DNA from: Ignavibacteria bacterium
Lineage (GTDB): Bacteria > Bacteroidota > Ignavibacteria > Kapaibacteriales > UBA2268
NCBI GenBank assembly: GCA_012518115.1
Contig: JAAYTD010000031.1
Span: 26,464 to 90,463, forward strand
DNA length: 64,000 bases
Direction of reading: 5' to 3'
Shown here piece by piece: positions 18,601-26,932 of this stretch. A model generated the notes under the pieces. That model did not search any database and had not been told where the DNA came from. It saw only the letters and a program-made list of their open reading frames with translations. Every line of letters begins with the position of its first letter. Position 1 is the first letter of the stretch. The translations under genes and the position numbers were made by a program.

Positions 18601-19206
18601 CAACTTGTTCGCACTAGCTATACGTAATGTGACATTTTTCATAGTATCTAAAATCTCAGCCTCAAATGAGATTTTACCTATTTTTGTTCCTTCAACTATA
18701 TTTTTCTCTGTCAATTCTTTATTAGTTAATAAAAATTGATGTCTTGTAAAATTACTTAATTCTTCAGTTGCATTACCTATAGCTATCTCTGTTACGTTAT
18801 CTGCTACTGCATTTAGTTTAACATTATTAATCTTAATTTTATCAAGAATAGGTTTTGAAGTAAGTTTTAATTTTGTACCTGTTTCCGGCTTTTTAAAGTT
18901 TCCAAAAGTATAAACAGGATGTTGACAAGTATTGAAAATTACTTCATTTGTAGGTTTTAAAATTTTCAAATGCGTGGTATAATCCCACTCGCCACAATGA
19001 TAATTATCATGTTGAGTTTTTGGATCACATTTTAATCTATATTTTGCAATAACTCGCTCAAATTTTTCCTCTACTGACGGAAAATGAAATGTTGCTTGAC
19101 GTGTAAAAACTGAATCAAAAGTAAAAGTTTGAACAACAATAGTATCAGACCCCTTCAAACATAATGATGTAGTCGCTAATAATAGTGTTAAAAAAAAATG
19201 TCTCAT
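15661..19206 (-). CDS. Large secreted PNGase F-like (peptide-N-glycosidase F fold) protein with LamG/concanavalin-like insertion and T9SS C-terminal domain
   Basis: Matches to Elizabethkingia PNGase F blocks: CGEWDYTTHLKI (cf CDEWDRYANVYV), ELGRFITPYG (cf EIGRFITPYW), TGHGMVP...CCEF (cf SGWGHAK...CAEWC), AREGWCPGDIV (cf DRAGWCPGMAV). The central region looks LamG-like (WEAWVKM...GKWAHIALVFDG). The C-terminus IFVYPNPTSEQLLLEV...LKIYNIAGELV is a Por tail. Confidence 0.7.
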   Translation of the reverse strand: MRHFFLTLLLATTSLCLKGSDTIVVQTFTFDSVFTRQATFHFPSVEEKFERVIAKYRLKCDPKTQHDNYHCGEWDYTTHLKILKPTNEVIFNTCQHPVYTFGNFKKPETGTKLKLTSKPILDKIKINNVKLNAVADNVTEIAIGNATEELSNFTRHQFLLTNKELTEKNIVEGTKIGKISFEAEILDTMKNVTLRIASANKLAASKLVEYNTRFDFKEVAFQTFITKEDCIDGKFFLNFSEDFVYDGKSNLILDITATVKPNTQNKLKGEFSKEDVGVTIVPCNYAKLDGNNAWIETISLPTISGKQNFTWEAWVKMEKEGTIFRLGDKVVLSANQPDDKNNMKLQVNFRSDMNSTVTSNNSPLMVGKWAHIALVFDGKDGEECKDVVKLFVNGLSVPLGFTNWYAHGWDVYLSRFIDDLPVRFSVGRGDFYKLKPENVDAKTETYISENADACFAQVRVWDTGLTEQEIKDWKNKTFITEEHQKQDHLKICMLFMEEYGATLTLILPSLIPETPMAKVVGQVEFLSSNDAPLLETQTNFLPNITLYTGDFTYSKEENTIQQERKQLPISIVYFSADNHYPEIERIDYKYSNYSYTYDENGNKIDSTEITEDIEEFTVENALFDYETKHYPKKDVFELGRFITPYGINLSLGENGFEWEYNLTDYMNELRGNVEIIAHNNQELIDLKFLFIKGEPNREVLRISEPWGSVSSYAYKDLGTDKVISDAIVKLLPETKSAKLKVRLTGHGMVPNTQHQSQCCEFLDNIHYLYAGPTVDEYEVAAEWKIWQNCTENPVWPQGGTWMLAREGWCPGDIVKDYEVDLTPYVKNNEVAINYQTDNSPLLQFPEIGTGNYIANFHLVEYAAAKYKNDLEVFKIITPSKEDIYSKLNPICNGIKFIVQNNSDEDIASCEVILKNSGKTENHLIEQNIKARSYDTIVVSLNDPKFLATDNNNPEILIEVVVDGDEKPENNIAKARFSIPDTYNKDNCVIRYRSNLRPNDYVLKIYDFKNEVVKTYQAIGANSTSNIELKDLPNGCYRLEFEDTRYYYGLSSWMVPNQGKGAFDIVSNDGKVLKTFNPDFGKRIVYSFGLDNFESIATNDIVNSIFVYPNPTSEQLLLEVSEDFGLTKLKIYNIAGELVLEKNVELVAGQTLLLNIMQLQAGRYSICIEKDTESKWSTFIKQ

Positions 19207-19215
19207 AGCTGCTTT

Positions 19216-19767
19216 CTATTTGTTTGCATTATTAATCATTTCTCTAATAGCTTCAAAAGCTTGAAATTCTAACAGCCCATTTGAATTAAAAAAATGAGCC
19301 TTAAAACTGGCATTATCTTCAAATCCGCTTAATTCTCCTCTTAACTCTACATTAATATTGTTCGCTTCAATTTCTGTTACAATAAATACATACTTCATTC
19401 TACCACTAGTCCAAACACCACCACGAATAAAAGGTGGATCAAGTGCATATTTTTGAATTTTAGGAAAAACAGTTGCATCATTTTGAGCAAAAATACATAA
19501 TTCTGATTTTATAACACCACGCGATTTTCCATCTTCCATTTCTCTTATTTTTTGACTTAAAATCTGGCAAGATATTTCTTTCTCAATAAAGGTTTTACAA
19601 GCATCAAAAACTGTTTGAAAATTTGCTTCGAAATTCTCTTCATATTTTTCTCGTAAATATTTCAACCTTTCAGGTACATTTTTTTCTTCTTCTGTTTGTG
19701 AAAAAGCAACAAATTGGGTTTGTGACAAAATAAACGCACAAGCTATAAATAAAATAAATTTTTTCAT
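19216..19767 (-). CDS. Hypothetical secreted protein
   Basis: Signal peptide MKKFILFIACAFILSQTQFVAFSQ. 9 bp upstream of the PNGase F-like gene, so probably co-transcribed. Confidence 0.4.
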   Translation of the reverse strand: MKKFILFIACAFILSQTQFVAFSQTEEEKNVPERLKYLREKYEENFEANFQTVFDACKTFIEKEISCQILSQKIREMEDGKSRGVIKSELCIFAQNDATVFPKIQKYALDPPFIRGGVWTSGRMKYVFIVTEIEANNINVELRGELSGFEDNASFKAHFFNSNGLLEFQAFEAIREMINNANK

Positions 19768-20172
19768 TTTTTCACCTTTCTTTTTATAAATTTAGTTAAT
19801 AAAATTAATTGTATTCCTGTTTTTTAAAATTAATAATAAATTAGCAAAAAAACAAAATAATTTGAACTAAATATTAACAATATTAATTTTTCATATCTTT
19901 ATTTTGGAAAAAATTACTAAAATTAAAATTGTGTATTTTTTTAAAAAACAAATATTGCATTTTTATTTACAACAAGATGAATAAGTAAACTATGTAGCTA
20001 TGGATGGATAGTTAAATCTAAATATAGACAAAAGTTTTTTCTATATGAAAAAACGTGGTATTATGAGATGAGTTACGAATTTGAAAATAGTAGAAACGCA
20101 AAAAACACCCTAAGAATACTCTGCAAAATAATATTTTTTGGAGTAATCTATTTTTTATTAGCACGAAGAAAT

Positions 20173-20436
20173 TTAGAATTCGCCAAGTTCTTTTAGGAGT
20201 TTCGCAGCAGTTTCACGTATAATTCCAGGATCGTTGTAATATCCCATACGAATTTTTGCTCTAATAGAATCCATTTTTGATATATCTAAAGAAACGTCAA
20301 GCGTATCTATATTATCTTGAATATTATTTTCTTTTGGCATTTCTTCGATATTTTCTTTTTTATGTTTTATTTCTAGATTATTTTTAGTATTTACTAATTT
20401 GTTATAAGGTGTTATTTTCATTGTTCTATTGATCAT
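20173..20436 (-). CDS. flgM: Anti-sigma-28 factor FlgM
   Basis: 87 aa. C-terminal DSIRAKIRMGYYNDPGIIRETAAKLLKEL matches the FlgM sigma-28-binding helices. Lies within the late flagellar operon. Confidence 0.7.
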   Translation of the reverse strand: MINRTMKITPYNKLVNTKNNLEIKHKKENIEEMPKENNIQDNIDTLDVSLDISKMDSIRAKIRMGYYNDPGIIRETAAKLLKELGEF

Positions 20437-20782
20437 TATATAATAATAATTTTTTTGTTTTAGTAATTTCCAATAATTTCTCTTTTATTTCTGAAAGCTT
20501 TGTTTCAAAGAAATTTATATTTTCTTCTTCTACAGGTATAATTTTTTCCATAAATTGTGTCCATCTATCTGTTGCAGGAATTTTAACTCCTTCGCTTGTT
20601 GAAATTAATTTATTTAATTCCTCTATACTTTGCTCTCGCTTTAGATATCTATCCTCTATTGTAAGAATATCTGAAGTTTCATCAAAATTATTTTTTTTTA
20701 TAATTTCTGCTATTTCTTGAGTCAAGCTAATTATTTCTTTAGAAATAATTTCAAACTGTTCTATAACATTAAACTTTTGCAT
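20426..20782 (-). CDS. Uncharacterised helical flagellar-operon protein (possible FliT/FlgN-type export chaperone)
   Basis: 118 aa, predicted all-helical. Overlaps flaG by 14 nt and flgM by 11 nt. The assignment rests on context and weak resemblance only. Confidence 0.35.
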   Translation of the reverse strand: MQKFNVIEQFEIISKEIISLTQEIAEIIKKNNFDETSDILTIEDRYLKREQSIEELNKLISTSEGVKIPATDRWTQFMEKIIPVEEENINFFETKLSEIKEKLLEITKTKKLLLYNDQ

Positions 20783-21218
20783 CTGTAATTTGCCCTACTT
20801 CTAAAGTTTTATTTATAATTTTAGCTATTTTCAGAGTAATCTCTGATGGATATTGTCTTATAATTTCATTTGTTTCTTTATCAATAACTCGCATTAACAT
20901 TTCTTCAGTTTCTTCATCTTTTACAAATTCAAAATAAATTCCTTCAATTTTAGCTATACTCTCCATTTTTTCAGCAAGTTTTTTATATGTAACTTTCGGA
21001 GAATCCTCTTGCGAATTTTTATTTTCTTCCTTGTTACGGCTATTATCAAGTTGATTATCTTTAATGTTTTTTCTATTTACATCTAATTTTTCTTTTTTTG
21101 CAGATACATTTTCATTACTTAGCATTTCAGCAAAAGCATTATCTGTATTTTTTCTAAAGGTATTATCATATTTTACTCTATCATTTACTATTGAAATGTT
21201 ATTTATTGTAGTAATCAT
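20769..21218 (-). CDS. flaG: Flagellar protein FlaG
   Basis: C-terminal LMRVIDKETNEIIRQYPSEITLKIAKII is the FlaG family core. Strong SD TAGGAGGGAG lies 5-8 nt upstream. Confidence 0.75.
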   Translation of the reverse strand: MITTINNISIVNDRVKYDNTFRKNTDNAFAEMLSNENVSAKKEKLDVNRKNIKDNQLDNSRNKEENKNSQEDSPKVTYKKLAEKMESIAKIEGIYFEFVKDEETEEMLMRVIDKETNEIIRQYPSEITLKIAKIINKTLEVGQITDAKV

Positions 21219-21260
21219 AATAATCTCCCTCCTAATTTATATATATAATAATATATTTTT

Positions 21261-22847
21261 TTAACCATACTGTTGTCTTAACAAACTGTCGTAACTACTT
21301 CCATAATTACCTATAGTTCCCATTGTATTTAATAATAGCAATTGATTTTGCGCCTTATAATATGTTTCCAAATAACTAGTATATTGTTTCCTATAAGACT
21401 CTGCTTGTTTGTCTATTCCTTGTTTAACGCTCTCTATCCTTTTTTGATTATACTTAAGTTGGTCTTCTATTGCCGATAAGCGATTTTGAACCAACCCATT
21501 TTCTTCTTCTTTGCTCATAAGCGAACTAATTGTTTCACTTATTTTAGCAGCAAATCCTGTAGAAGATGTGAATAAATCGGCAACAAGTTGTGCGCCATTT
21601 TCACGTTTTAGTATATTTTCTAATTTACTTGAGTCAGTTAAAGATAAAATATTTTCAGAATTTATTGTATATCCGATTTCTGAAATATATTTTGGAACAT
21701 TTACATCATCTGTTTTTACTAAACTTATCGCTGCAAAATTCCGGAATTCACCTTGCAAAGCACGTATAGCTGAATCATTTCCTGATTTATCTTTAGCTAC
21801 AACTAAATAATTAGCTAAGCTATTAAATGCAGTAATAAGAGGTTCTATCAAAGTTTTAACTGCCTCTGTATCTATAGCAGTTTCTAAAGCAATAGGAAGC
21901 TCATCTGTATTTTGTACTTTTTTCAAAGTAAATGTAAGTCCGTCCACAGCATCATCAATTGTATTAGAAGACCGGACAATAGTTACGCCATTAAGTTCTA
22001 TTATTGAATTTAGTTGAGAAGCACTTGCAACTTTAAAACCCGGACTTTGAGAATCACTTTCATAAACTTTCCTAACATTTCCAGTATCTTGAGAAATTTC
22101 TGCATCAAATCCTATTTTTTTCGCAAATGTTGATTCAGTGGTTTTTTCTTCATTTATAAATACAATTTGATTTGCTTCGCCACTGTTTTTAGAAGTTAAA
22201 GTTATACAACCTGTTTCAGCTGTTGTTTTTATGAATGAAGCATTTAATAAACCGCCAAACCCTCCGTCTTTTGCAGAGGCATTTATACTCTTAACAAGAT
22301 TTTTCAGTACAGTTTCATTCGTATCTTCAGCACCAACTGTTATTTTAAATGTTTTTGTTTCGTCGCCAACTTTTATAGAAAATTGTTGAACGCCTACACC
22401 TAATTTACCATTTCCATCTACTGTATCTTCATTGCTGAAAATATCGTTTAAATTGAATTGAGCTCCAATAAAGGTATCACTTGTAGCTAGTTGTTGAACT
22501 TTAACCGTATTAGCTCCTAAAGAAGCTTTACTGTTTGCTGCAACAGAAACAAAATCATTATTAGAAGATATTACTTTCCTCGTAATAAATTTTTCATCAA
22601 TAGTATCAACTTTCTGAAAAGTAGGCTTACCGTTCTCGTCAAGTTTAACTTCTCCAAACTTATCTAATTCTTTAGCTAAAGAACTTAACTTAGAGAAAAC
22701 TGTATTAAAGAAAACCTTTTTATTGTTAAGCTGTGTTGCTCTTGCTTCTAAAGGCGCAACTTTATACTGTTGTGTAGATCTAAAAGCTTCAATAAGTTTT
22801 TCCGTATCTGATTGTCCTGTTGTGTTAATACCGAAATAGGATGCCAT
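21261..22847 (-). CDS. fliD: Flagellar filament cap protein FliD (HAP2)
   Basis: 528 aa. N-terminal GINTTG...LIEAFRSTQQYKVAPLE and a C-terminal coiled coil (RLSAIEDQLKYNQKRIE...YRKQYTSYLE) are typical of FliD. Confidence 0.85.
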   Translation of the reverse strand: MASYFGINTTGQSDTEKLIEAFRSTQQYKVAPLEARATQLNNKKVFFNTVFSKLSSLAKELDKFGEVKLDENGKPTFQKVDTIDEKFITRKVISSNNDFVSVAANSKASLGANTVKVQQLATSDTFIGAQFNLNDIFSNEDTVDGNGKLGVGVQQFSIKVGDETKTFKITVGAEDTNETVLKNLVKSINASAKDGGFGGLLNASFIKTTAETGCITLTSKNSGEANQIVFINEEKTTESTFAKKIGFDAEISQDTGNVRKVYESDSQSPGFKVASASQLNSIIELNGVTIVRSSNTIDDAVDGLTFTLKKVQNTDELPIALETAIDTEAVKTLIEPLITAFNSLANYLVVAKDKSGNDSAIRALQGEFRNFAAISLVKTDDVNVPKYISEIGYTINSENILSLTDSSKLENILKRENGAQLVADLFTSSTGFAAKISETISSLMSKEEENGLVQNRLSAIEDQLKYNQKRIESVKQGIDKQAESYRKQYTSYLETYYKAQNQLLLLNTMGTIGNYGSSYDSLLRQQYG

Positions 22848-22910
22848 GATTTATTTCAAAATTATGTTATAAAGATAGAATAAGTAAAATTTTATTTTTT
22901 ATTAATGCTA

Positions 22911-23318
22911 CTATCCAATATTGTTAACTGCGTTATCGGTAATATTAGTATCTTCTTGTTTTTTCGGCTTTTCCTCTAAGTTAAAAGCCTTAGCCCAAGT
23001 ATTACGCAACTCCGTAATAATATAAAGTGCTTCATCACTTTTATTTTGGAAAATACAACGCTGACAATACTCATAAAGTCTATAGAGTCTTGTCGAAGTT
23101 TCTTCATATTCAAAATTCAATGCGCCCATAAGTTCTACTAATACTCTTGTCATTTTTTGCGTATCACCTCTTTTTGTAGAGACTATAAACAAATCATACA
23201 TCTTCAAGATAAGTTTCTCTTTACTCCAAGAATAAACTTCCTGTTCTAAGTATCCAGGTACTTTTTTATTATTAGCATATAACTTATTTGCTGCAAGTTG
23301 TTGTCCTATTAGTGCCAT
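22911..23318 (-). CDS. fliS: Flagellin-specific export chaperone FliS
   Basis: 135 aa four-helix pattern (ILKMYDLFI...LVELMGALNFE...LYRLYEYCQRCI) plus its position between flagellin and fliD. Confidence 0.8.
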   Translation of the reverse strand: MALIGQQLAANKLYANNKKVPGYLEQEVYSWSKEKLILKMYDLFIVSTKRGDTQKMTRVLVELMGALNFEYEETSTRLYRLYEYCQRCIFQNKSDEALYIITELRNTWAKAFNLEEKPKKQEDTNITDNAVNNIG

Positions 23319-23360
23319 AGTTTTTTATTTTATGAATATAAATTAATTTGATTTCTTTTT

Positions 23361-23389
23361 TTATCGGCTTGTTCGATAAAAAACTTTAG
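23361..23389 (-). promoter_or_regulatory. Sigma-28 (FliA)-type promoter for fliS-fliD-flaG-orf-flgM
   Basis: Minus strand reads TAAA-N16-GCCGATAA (-35 from 23388-23385, -10 from 23368-23361). The -10 is a perfect consensus and lies 43 nt upstream of the fliS ATG. Confidence 0.7.
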
Positions 23390-23513
23390 TTTTGTACTGT
23401 TAAAACAAACAAAATGAATATAAATTAATTTATTATTTGAAAAATATATATTAAAATCGTTGAAAATAATTATAACGAAATAGGTATTTATTTATTTGAT
23501 AGCTAATTAAAAT

Positions 23514-23561
23514 ATTGCCGAAAAATCCAAATTATAAATTTAATCTAAATCTTTCGGCAAT
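23514..23561 (-). terminator. Possible terminator / stem-loop downstream of flagellin
   Basis: 10-bp inverted repeat ATTGCCGAAA (23514-23523) / TTTCGGCAAT (23552-23561). The loop is long (28 nt) and the T-tract weak, so the call is tentative. Confidence 0.35.
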
Positions 23562-23622
23562 TAGCATTCTGTTATACTCTATTTACTTATCAGTTCTTAA
23601 AAACCAATTTTTTGATTATATT

Positions 23623-24759
23623 TTATTGCAATAACTGCAAGAAAGTTGCTGGATTTTGGTTTGACTGCGCTAAGGAAGTTAGCGATGCACTTTGTAAGAA
23701 CTGTGCTGTAATAAGTCTCATTTGTTCTTCTGCTATATCAGTATCTTCTATTCTTGATATAGCTGCTTTATAGTTTGTAGTTTGGCTCTTCAAAACTTCT
23801 TCTTGCGAACTTAATCTTGTATGTATTCCGCCGAGATAAGAAGCTACTTTGTTTATATTATTAATAGCTCTTGATAAACTCTGCAAAGTTAGATGAACTC
23901 CTGTACCACTTCCTCCATTACCGTCATTAGTAAATATACCTAAATCATTAGCTGCTACTTCGTTAAAGTCTTCTAAGTTAAGACCTGCAACTCCAGCAAA
24001 AGAAGTAGCCGCGCCTGTCATTAATTTAGTTTCTTCTAAGTTTACTATCTGTCTGTTAATAGTTTCCGTTGTTAGATTACCATCTTCATCAACTCCTGTA
24101 TTGCGTGTTTCATCTGGTCCAGCAGTATAGGTCACTGCTTGTCTAATTGCTTTTGCATCTTTTGTTGCATTTAAGTCAAAAAGACCAACTGTGGTACTAT
24201 CGGGAGAACCTGGGACATTGACAATATTAAATTCTTCAAGATTGTTGGTTGTTAAATCAATTTTTACTGTCATTAATTCATCATTAGCGTAATAACCTGT
24301 TACCCAGTCGCCTGAAAAATTACCTTGTAAAAGTTGTTTTCCACCAAACACTGTTGAATCTGTGATGAATTGGATTTGTTGCGCTAATCTATAGCTTGAT
24401 TTTGCAAGAGCTACTTTTTCGTCTGAGCCTAATGCACCTGACGAAGCTTGAGCAGTAGCATCTTTAATTTGTGTAAGAAGAGCGCCTATTTGATCTAAGG
24501 CATCTTGTGCTATACCGGTTACGTTCTTTGCATCACCGGCAGCTTGCAACGCAGCTTGTAAAGCTCCTGTACGAGCTGTTAATGACTTTGATGTAATATA
24601 ACCTGCAACATCATCTGATGCTGAATTGATACGCTTTCCTGTAGAAAGTCGTAATTGACTGCGAGCTATAATATTACTCGCTTCACTTAATGAATTGTAA
24701 GCATTTTGAGCTGGAATGTTAGTCCGAATGCGTGCGCCACCACTGATTGGTATTGGCAT
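23623..24759 (-). CDS. fliC: Flagellin
   Basis: Start reassigned to the internal ATG at 24759 (MPIPISGGARIRTNIPAQNAYNSL...), which is preceded by GGAGG. Conserved flagellin N-terminus (RLSTGKRINSASDDVAGY) and C-terminus (LITAQFLQSASLTSLAQSNQNPATFLQLLQ). Confidence 0.9.
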   Translation of the reverse strand: MPIPISGGARIRTNIPAQNAYNSLSEASNIIARSQLRLSTGKRINSASDDVAGYITSKSLTARTGALQAALQAAGDAKNVTGIAQDALDQIGALLTQIKDATAQASSGALGSDEKVALAKSSYRLAQQIQFITDSTVFGGKQLLQGNFSGDWVTGYYANDELMTVKIDLTTNNLEEFNIVNVPGSPDSTTVGLFDLNATKDAKAIRQAVTYTAGPDETRNTGVDEDGNLTTETINRQIVNLEETKLMTGAATSFAGVAGLNLEDFNEVAANDLGIFTNDGNGGSGTGVHLTLQSLSRAINNINKVASYLGGIHTRLSSQEEVLKSQTTNYKAAISRIEDTDIAEEQMRLITAQFLQSASLTSLAQSNQNPATFLQLLQ

Positions 24760-24763
24760 AAAA

Positions 24764-24820
24764 CCTCCGTGTTTTATACAAATTAAATTAAAAAAATATT
24801 TAGTTTGAGGGCTTCCTGCC
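24764..24820 (-). promoter_or_regulatory. Flagellin 5-prime leader with two candidate CsrA sites
   Basis: On the mRNA strand, GGC-AGGAA-GCC (24820-24809) presents GGA in a hairpin loop. The SD ACGGAGG (GGAGG = complement of 24764-24768) is the second GGA site. Confidence 0.5.
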
Positions 24821-24894
24821 AATTATTTGTCCAAATAACCGCTAAAAACGGTTTGAAGTATCAGTAATTTTTTTACTATCTGCTTCTTTTTACA

Positions 24895-24922
24895 TTATCG
24901 TCGTCTTTTTCGATAACTTTAG
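24895..24922 (-). promoter_or_regulatory. Sigma-28 (FliA)-type promoter for flagellin
   Basis: Minus strand reads TAAA-N15-GACGATAA (-35 from 24921-24918, -10 from 24902-24895), ~136 nt upstream of the flagellin ATG. Confidence 0.7.
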
Positions 24923-24951
24923 TTTTTTTTTAACAAAAATTTAATTTTATT

Positions 24952-26274
24952 TTAAATTGTTTGTTTTATTTCAAAAAACAATTGATTAATTCTTCTTTCA
25001 ATGCCATTATCGGCACTATTTGAAAAAACTAAATCAGAAGAAAAGAAATAATTTTCAAAACGTTTGTCAAATAGGATACTAGCTTCTTTTTCTTTCATAT
25101 CACACAAAACAGGACGAGTAGCTAAATCAATTCTTTGCAAACAAGTCTCTAAGTCGCTATATAGATAAATATTATATCCTGTCCGCCTTATTAGATTTCT
25201 GTTTTTGTCATTATCTAACGCTCCTGCTCCTAAAGCAACAATTTTCTTTTCTTTGTCAAATGCTATTTTTTCTAAATACTGACTTTCTTTGTTACGAAAA
25301 TAATTTTCTCCGTATTTAGAAAAAATTTTCTCAATCGACATATTTAACTCACTTTCAATCATTTTATCTAAATCAACATAATTAACCTTTAGCTTTTCTG
25401 ATAAAATTGGAGCTATTGTAGTCTTTCCGCTGCCACTAAAACCAGACAAATAAATATTATTTTTTGAAAGACTTTTAGGTAATTCTTGTAGAATATCCTT
25501 CATATCATCATTTCTAAGATTTATTTTATGATTATTAAAAAATATTTGAAAGGATTTAATCGCTTGATAAAAAAGCCAATTATAACAAGGAATAACCTTG
25601 TTGTATTCTTGCTGGAAATGTAAAATCGTATTTTTATCAGAATAGTTAGCTATGAATAGTATTGCATTTTTCTTAAATTTTATATTTTTTAGAAAATTAT
25701 TAAATTGCGGAATAGCAACAAAAACAATATCAAATTGTTGCAAGTTTTCAAACGATTTTTCTTCATTCTCTATAAATTTAACATTAAATTTATGAGATAA
25801 GTTCTTAGCATTTTGAGTAGTACGATTAAAAATAGTTATATCGGCATCTTTGAATAAATTTTGAATTACATAAATAATTGTAGCTGCCGCTCCTCCAGCA
25901 CCTATAATCGCAATTTTTTTCTCTCCAAAATCTACATTTGCTTTAAAGATTTCTTCTTGTATACCAAAAATATCTGTATTGTAAGATATGATTTGTTCAT
26001 CAGCAAAGTAAAGAGTATTTGCAGAATCTGTTTGCTGCACTCCATAATCCAATTTATCACAAAATTTAGTAATATCCTTTTTGAAAGGTGAAGTTATATT
26101 AACTCCACTCAATTTCATTTTTTTAGATAACAAAACTACTTCTTCGCTATCACTTGCAAAAATTCTTGTATAATAGCATTCTTTCAAATCAAACTTCTTG
26201 AAAAAAGTATTATAAATTATTGGACTTTTGCTGTGAGAAATAGGATTACCAAACACCCCAAAAAACTTCTTCAT
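24952..26274 (-). CDS. aroE/aroK: Fused shikimate dehydrogenase (N-terminal) / shikimate kinase (C-terminal)
   Basis: N-terminal half: GNPISHSKSPIIYN, GVNITSPFK, ANTL, YNTDIFG, GAGGAA. C-terminal ~170 aa: P-loop LSGFSGSGKTTIAPILSEKL, then DLD, GENYFRNKE and ALGAGAL. Confidence 0.8.
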   Translation of the reverse strand: MKKFFGVFGNPISHSKSPIIYNTFFKKFDLKECYYTRIFASDSEEVVLLSKKMKLSGVNITSPFKKDITKFCDKLDYGVQQTDSANTLYFADEQIISYNTDIFGIQEEIFKANVDFGEKKIAIIGAGGAAATIIYVIQNLFKDADITIFNRTTQNAKNLSHKFNVKFIENEEKSFENLQQFDIVFVAIPQFNNFLKNIKFKKNAILFIANYSDKNTILHFQQEYNKVIPCYNWLFYQAIKSFQIFFNNHKINLRNDDMKDILQELPKSLSKNNIYLSGFSGSGKTTIAPILSEKLKVNYVDLDKMIESELNMSIEKIFSKYGENYFRNKESQYLEKIAFDKEKKIVALGAGALDNDKNRNLIRRTGYNIYLYSDLETCLQRIDLATRPVLCDMKEKEASILFDKRFENYFFSSDLVFSNSADNGIERRINQLFFEIKQTI

Positions 26275-26284
26275 AGTTTTTACT

Positions 26285-26932
26285 CTAATTACAATGGAAG
26301 CAATTTTTTTGCATATCTTCGTAAAGCATCTGTCCTGGTGCTTGTGGTTTTCCAGTATGACAATACATAAACTGTGCGCCGAGTTTCAGCGCCTCTACTC
26401 TCGCTTGCGGGAACTTATCCGACATCGGAACAAGAATTAATTTTTCTCTTAAGCTTTCAAAACGCTTATAAAAAGAAAACAGATAGTCAATTTCAGCTCG
26501 CGTTTGACAGGAAACCGCTATTTTATAATAATCAGGCAAAAACATATACATTCGTTCTATAGCTTCTTCAATCTCACTTTTCCAAATATCATAAGAACCG
26601 AAGTTATGATAAGAAAACAATAATTGAGGCATAAACCCTGTCATATTATTTCTGACCCTATTTACAATTAAAGAACTTAGATAACGTATAGGAATGTCAA
26701 TTATATTAGCACCACATTTTGCAGCACATAATGTATAAGATAAAATATCTTCTTGTTTACAGGTAGAAAAAGATGCTATAACACGATCTGCAAAAGGTAT
26801 TACACTAGCTAGTTCAAAAGCACTATAATTTAATTTATCTAAGCATAGTTCGACAAATCCATATTTTTGCATAACTGGAATAATCTGTATAGGTTTTCCT
26901 TCTGTTATGCTAACACACAACTTACTATTCAT
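26285..26932 (-). CDS. aroD: Type I 3-dehydroquinate dehydratase-like
   Basis: KLCVSIT N-terminus, LFSYHNF motif and YKIAV (candidate Schiff-base Lys). Adjacent to aroE/aroK. The sequence is divergent. Confidence 0.55.
   Translation of the reverse strand: MNSKLCVSITEGKPIQIIPVMQKYGFVELCLDKLNYSAFELASVIPFADRVIASFSTCKQEDILSYTLCAAKCGANIIDIPIRYLSSLIVNRVRNNMTGFMPQLLFSYHNFGSYDIWKSEIEEAIERMYMFLPDYYKIAVSCQTRAEIDYLFSFYKRFESLREKLILVPMSDKFPQARVEALKLGAQFMYCHTGKPQAPGQMLYEDMQKNCFHCN

Noticed and set aside
20068-20196. 42-codon ORF (MSYEFENSRNAKNTLRILCKIIFFGVIYFLLARRNLEFAKFF) with one hydrophobic helix in the 405-bp spacer
   Set aside because: It has no SD and overlaps the flgM 3-prime end in antisense. AT-rich spacers readily produce such ORFs. 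It is worth checking only if ribosome profiling or conservation data become available.
24760-24822. N-terminal 21-codon extension of the flagellin ORF (MAGSPQTKYFFNLICIKHGGF)
   Set aside because: The conserved flagellin N-terminus begins at the internal Met (24759), which has a GGAGG SD. The extension covers the leader hairpin and has no homology to flagellins.
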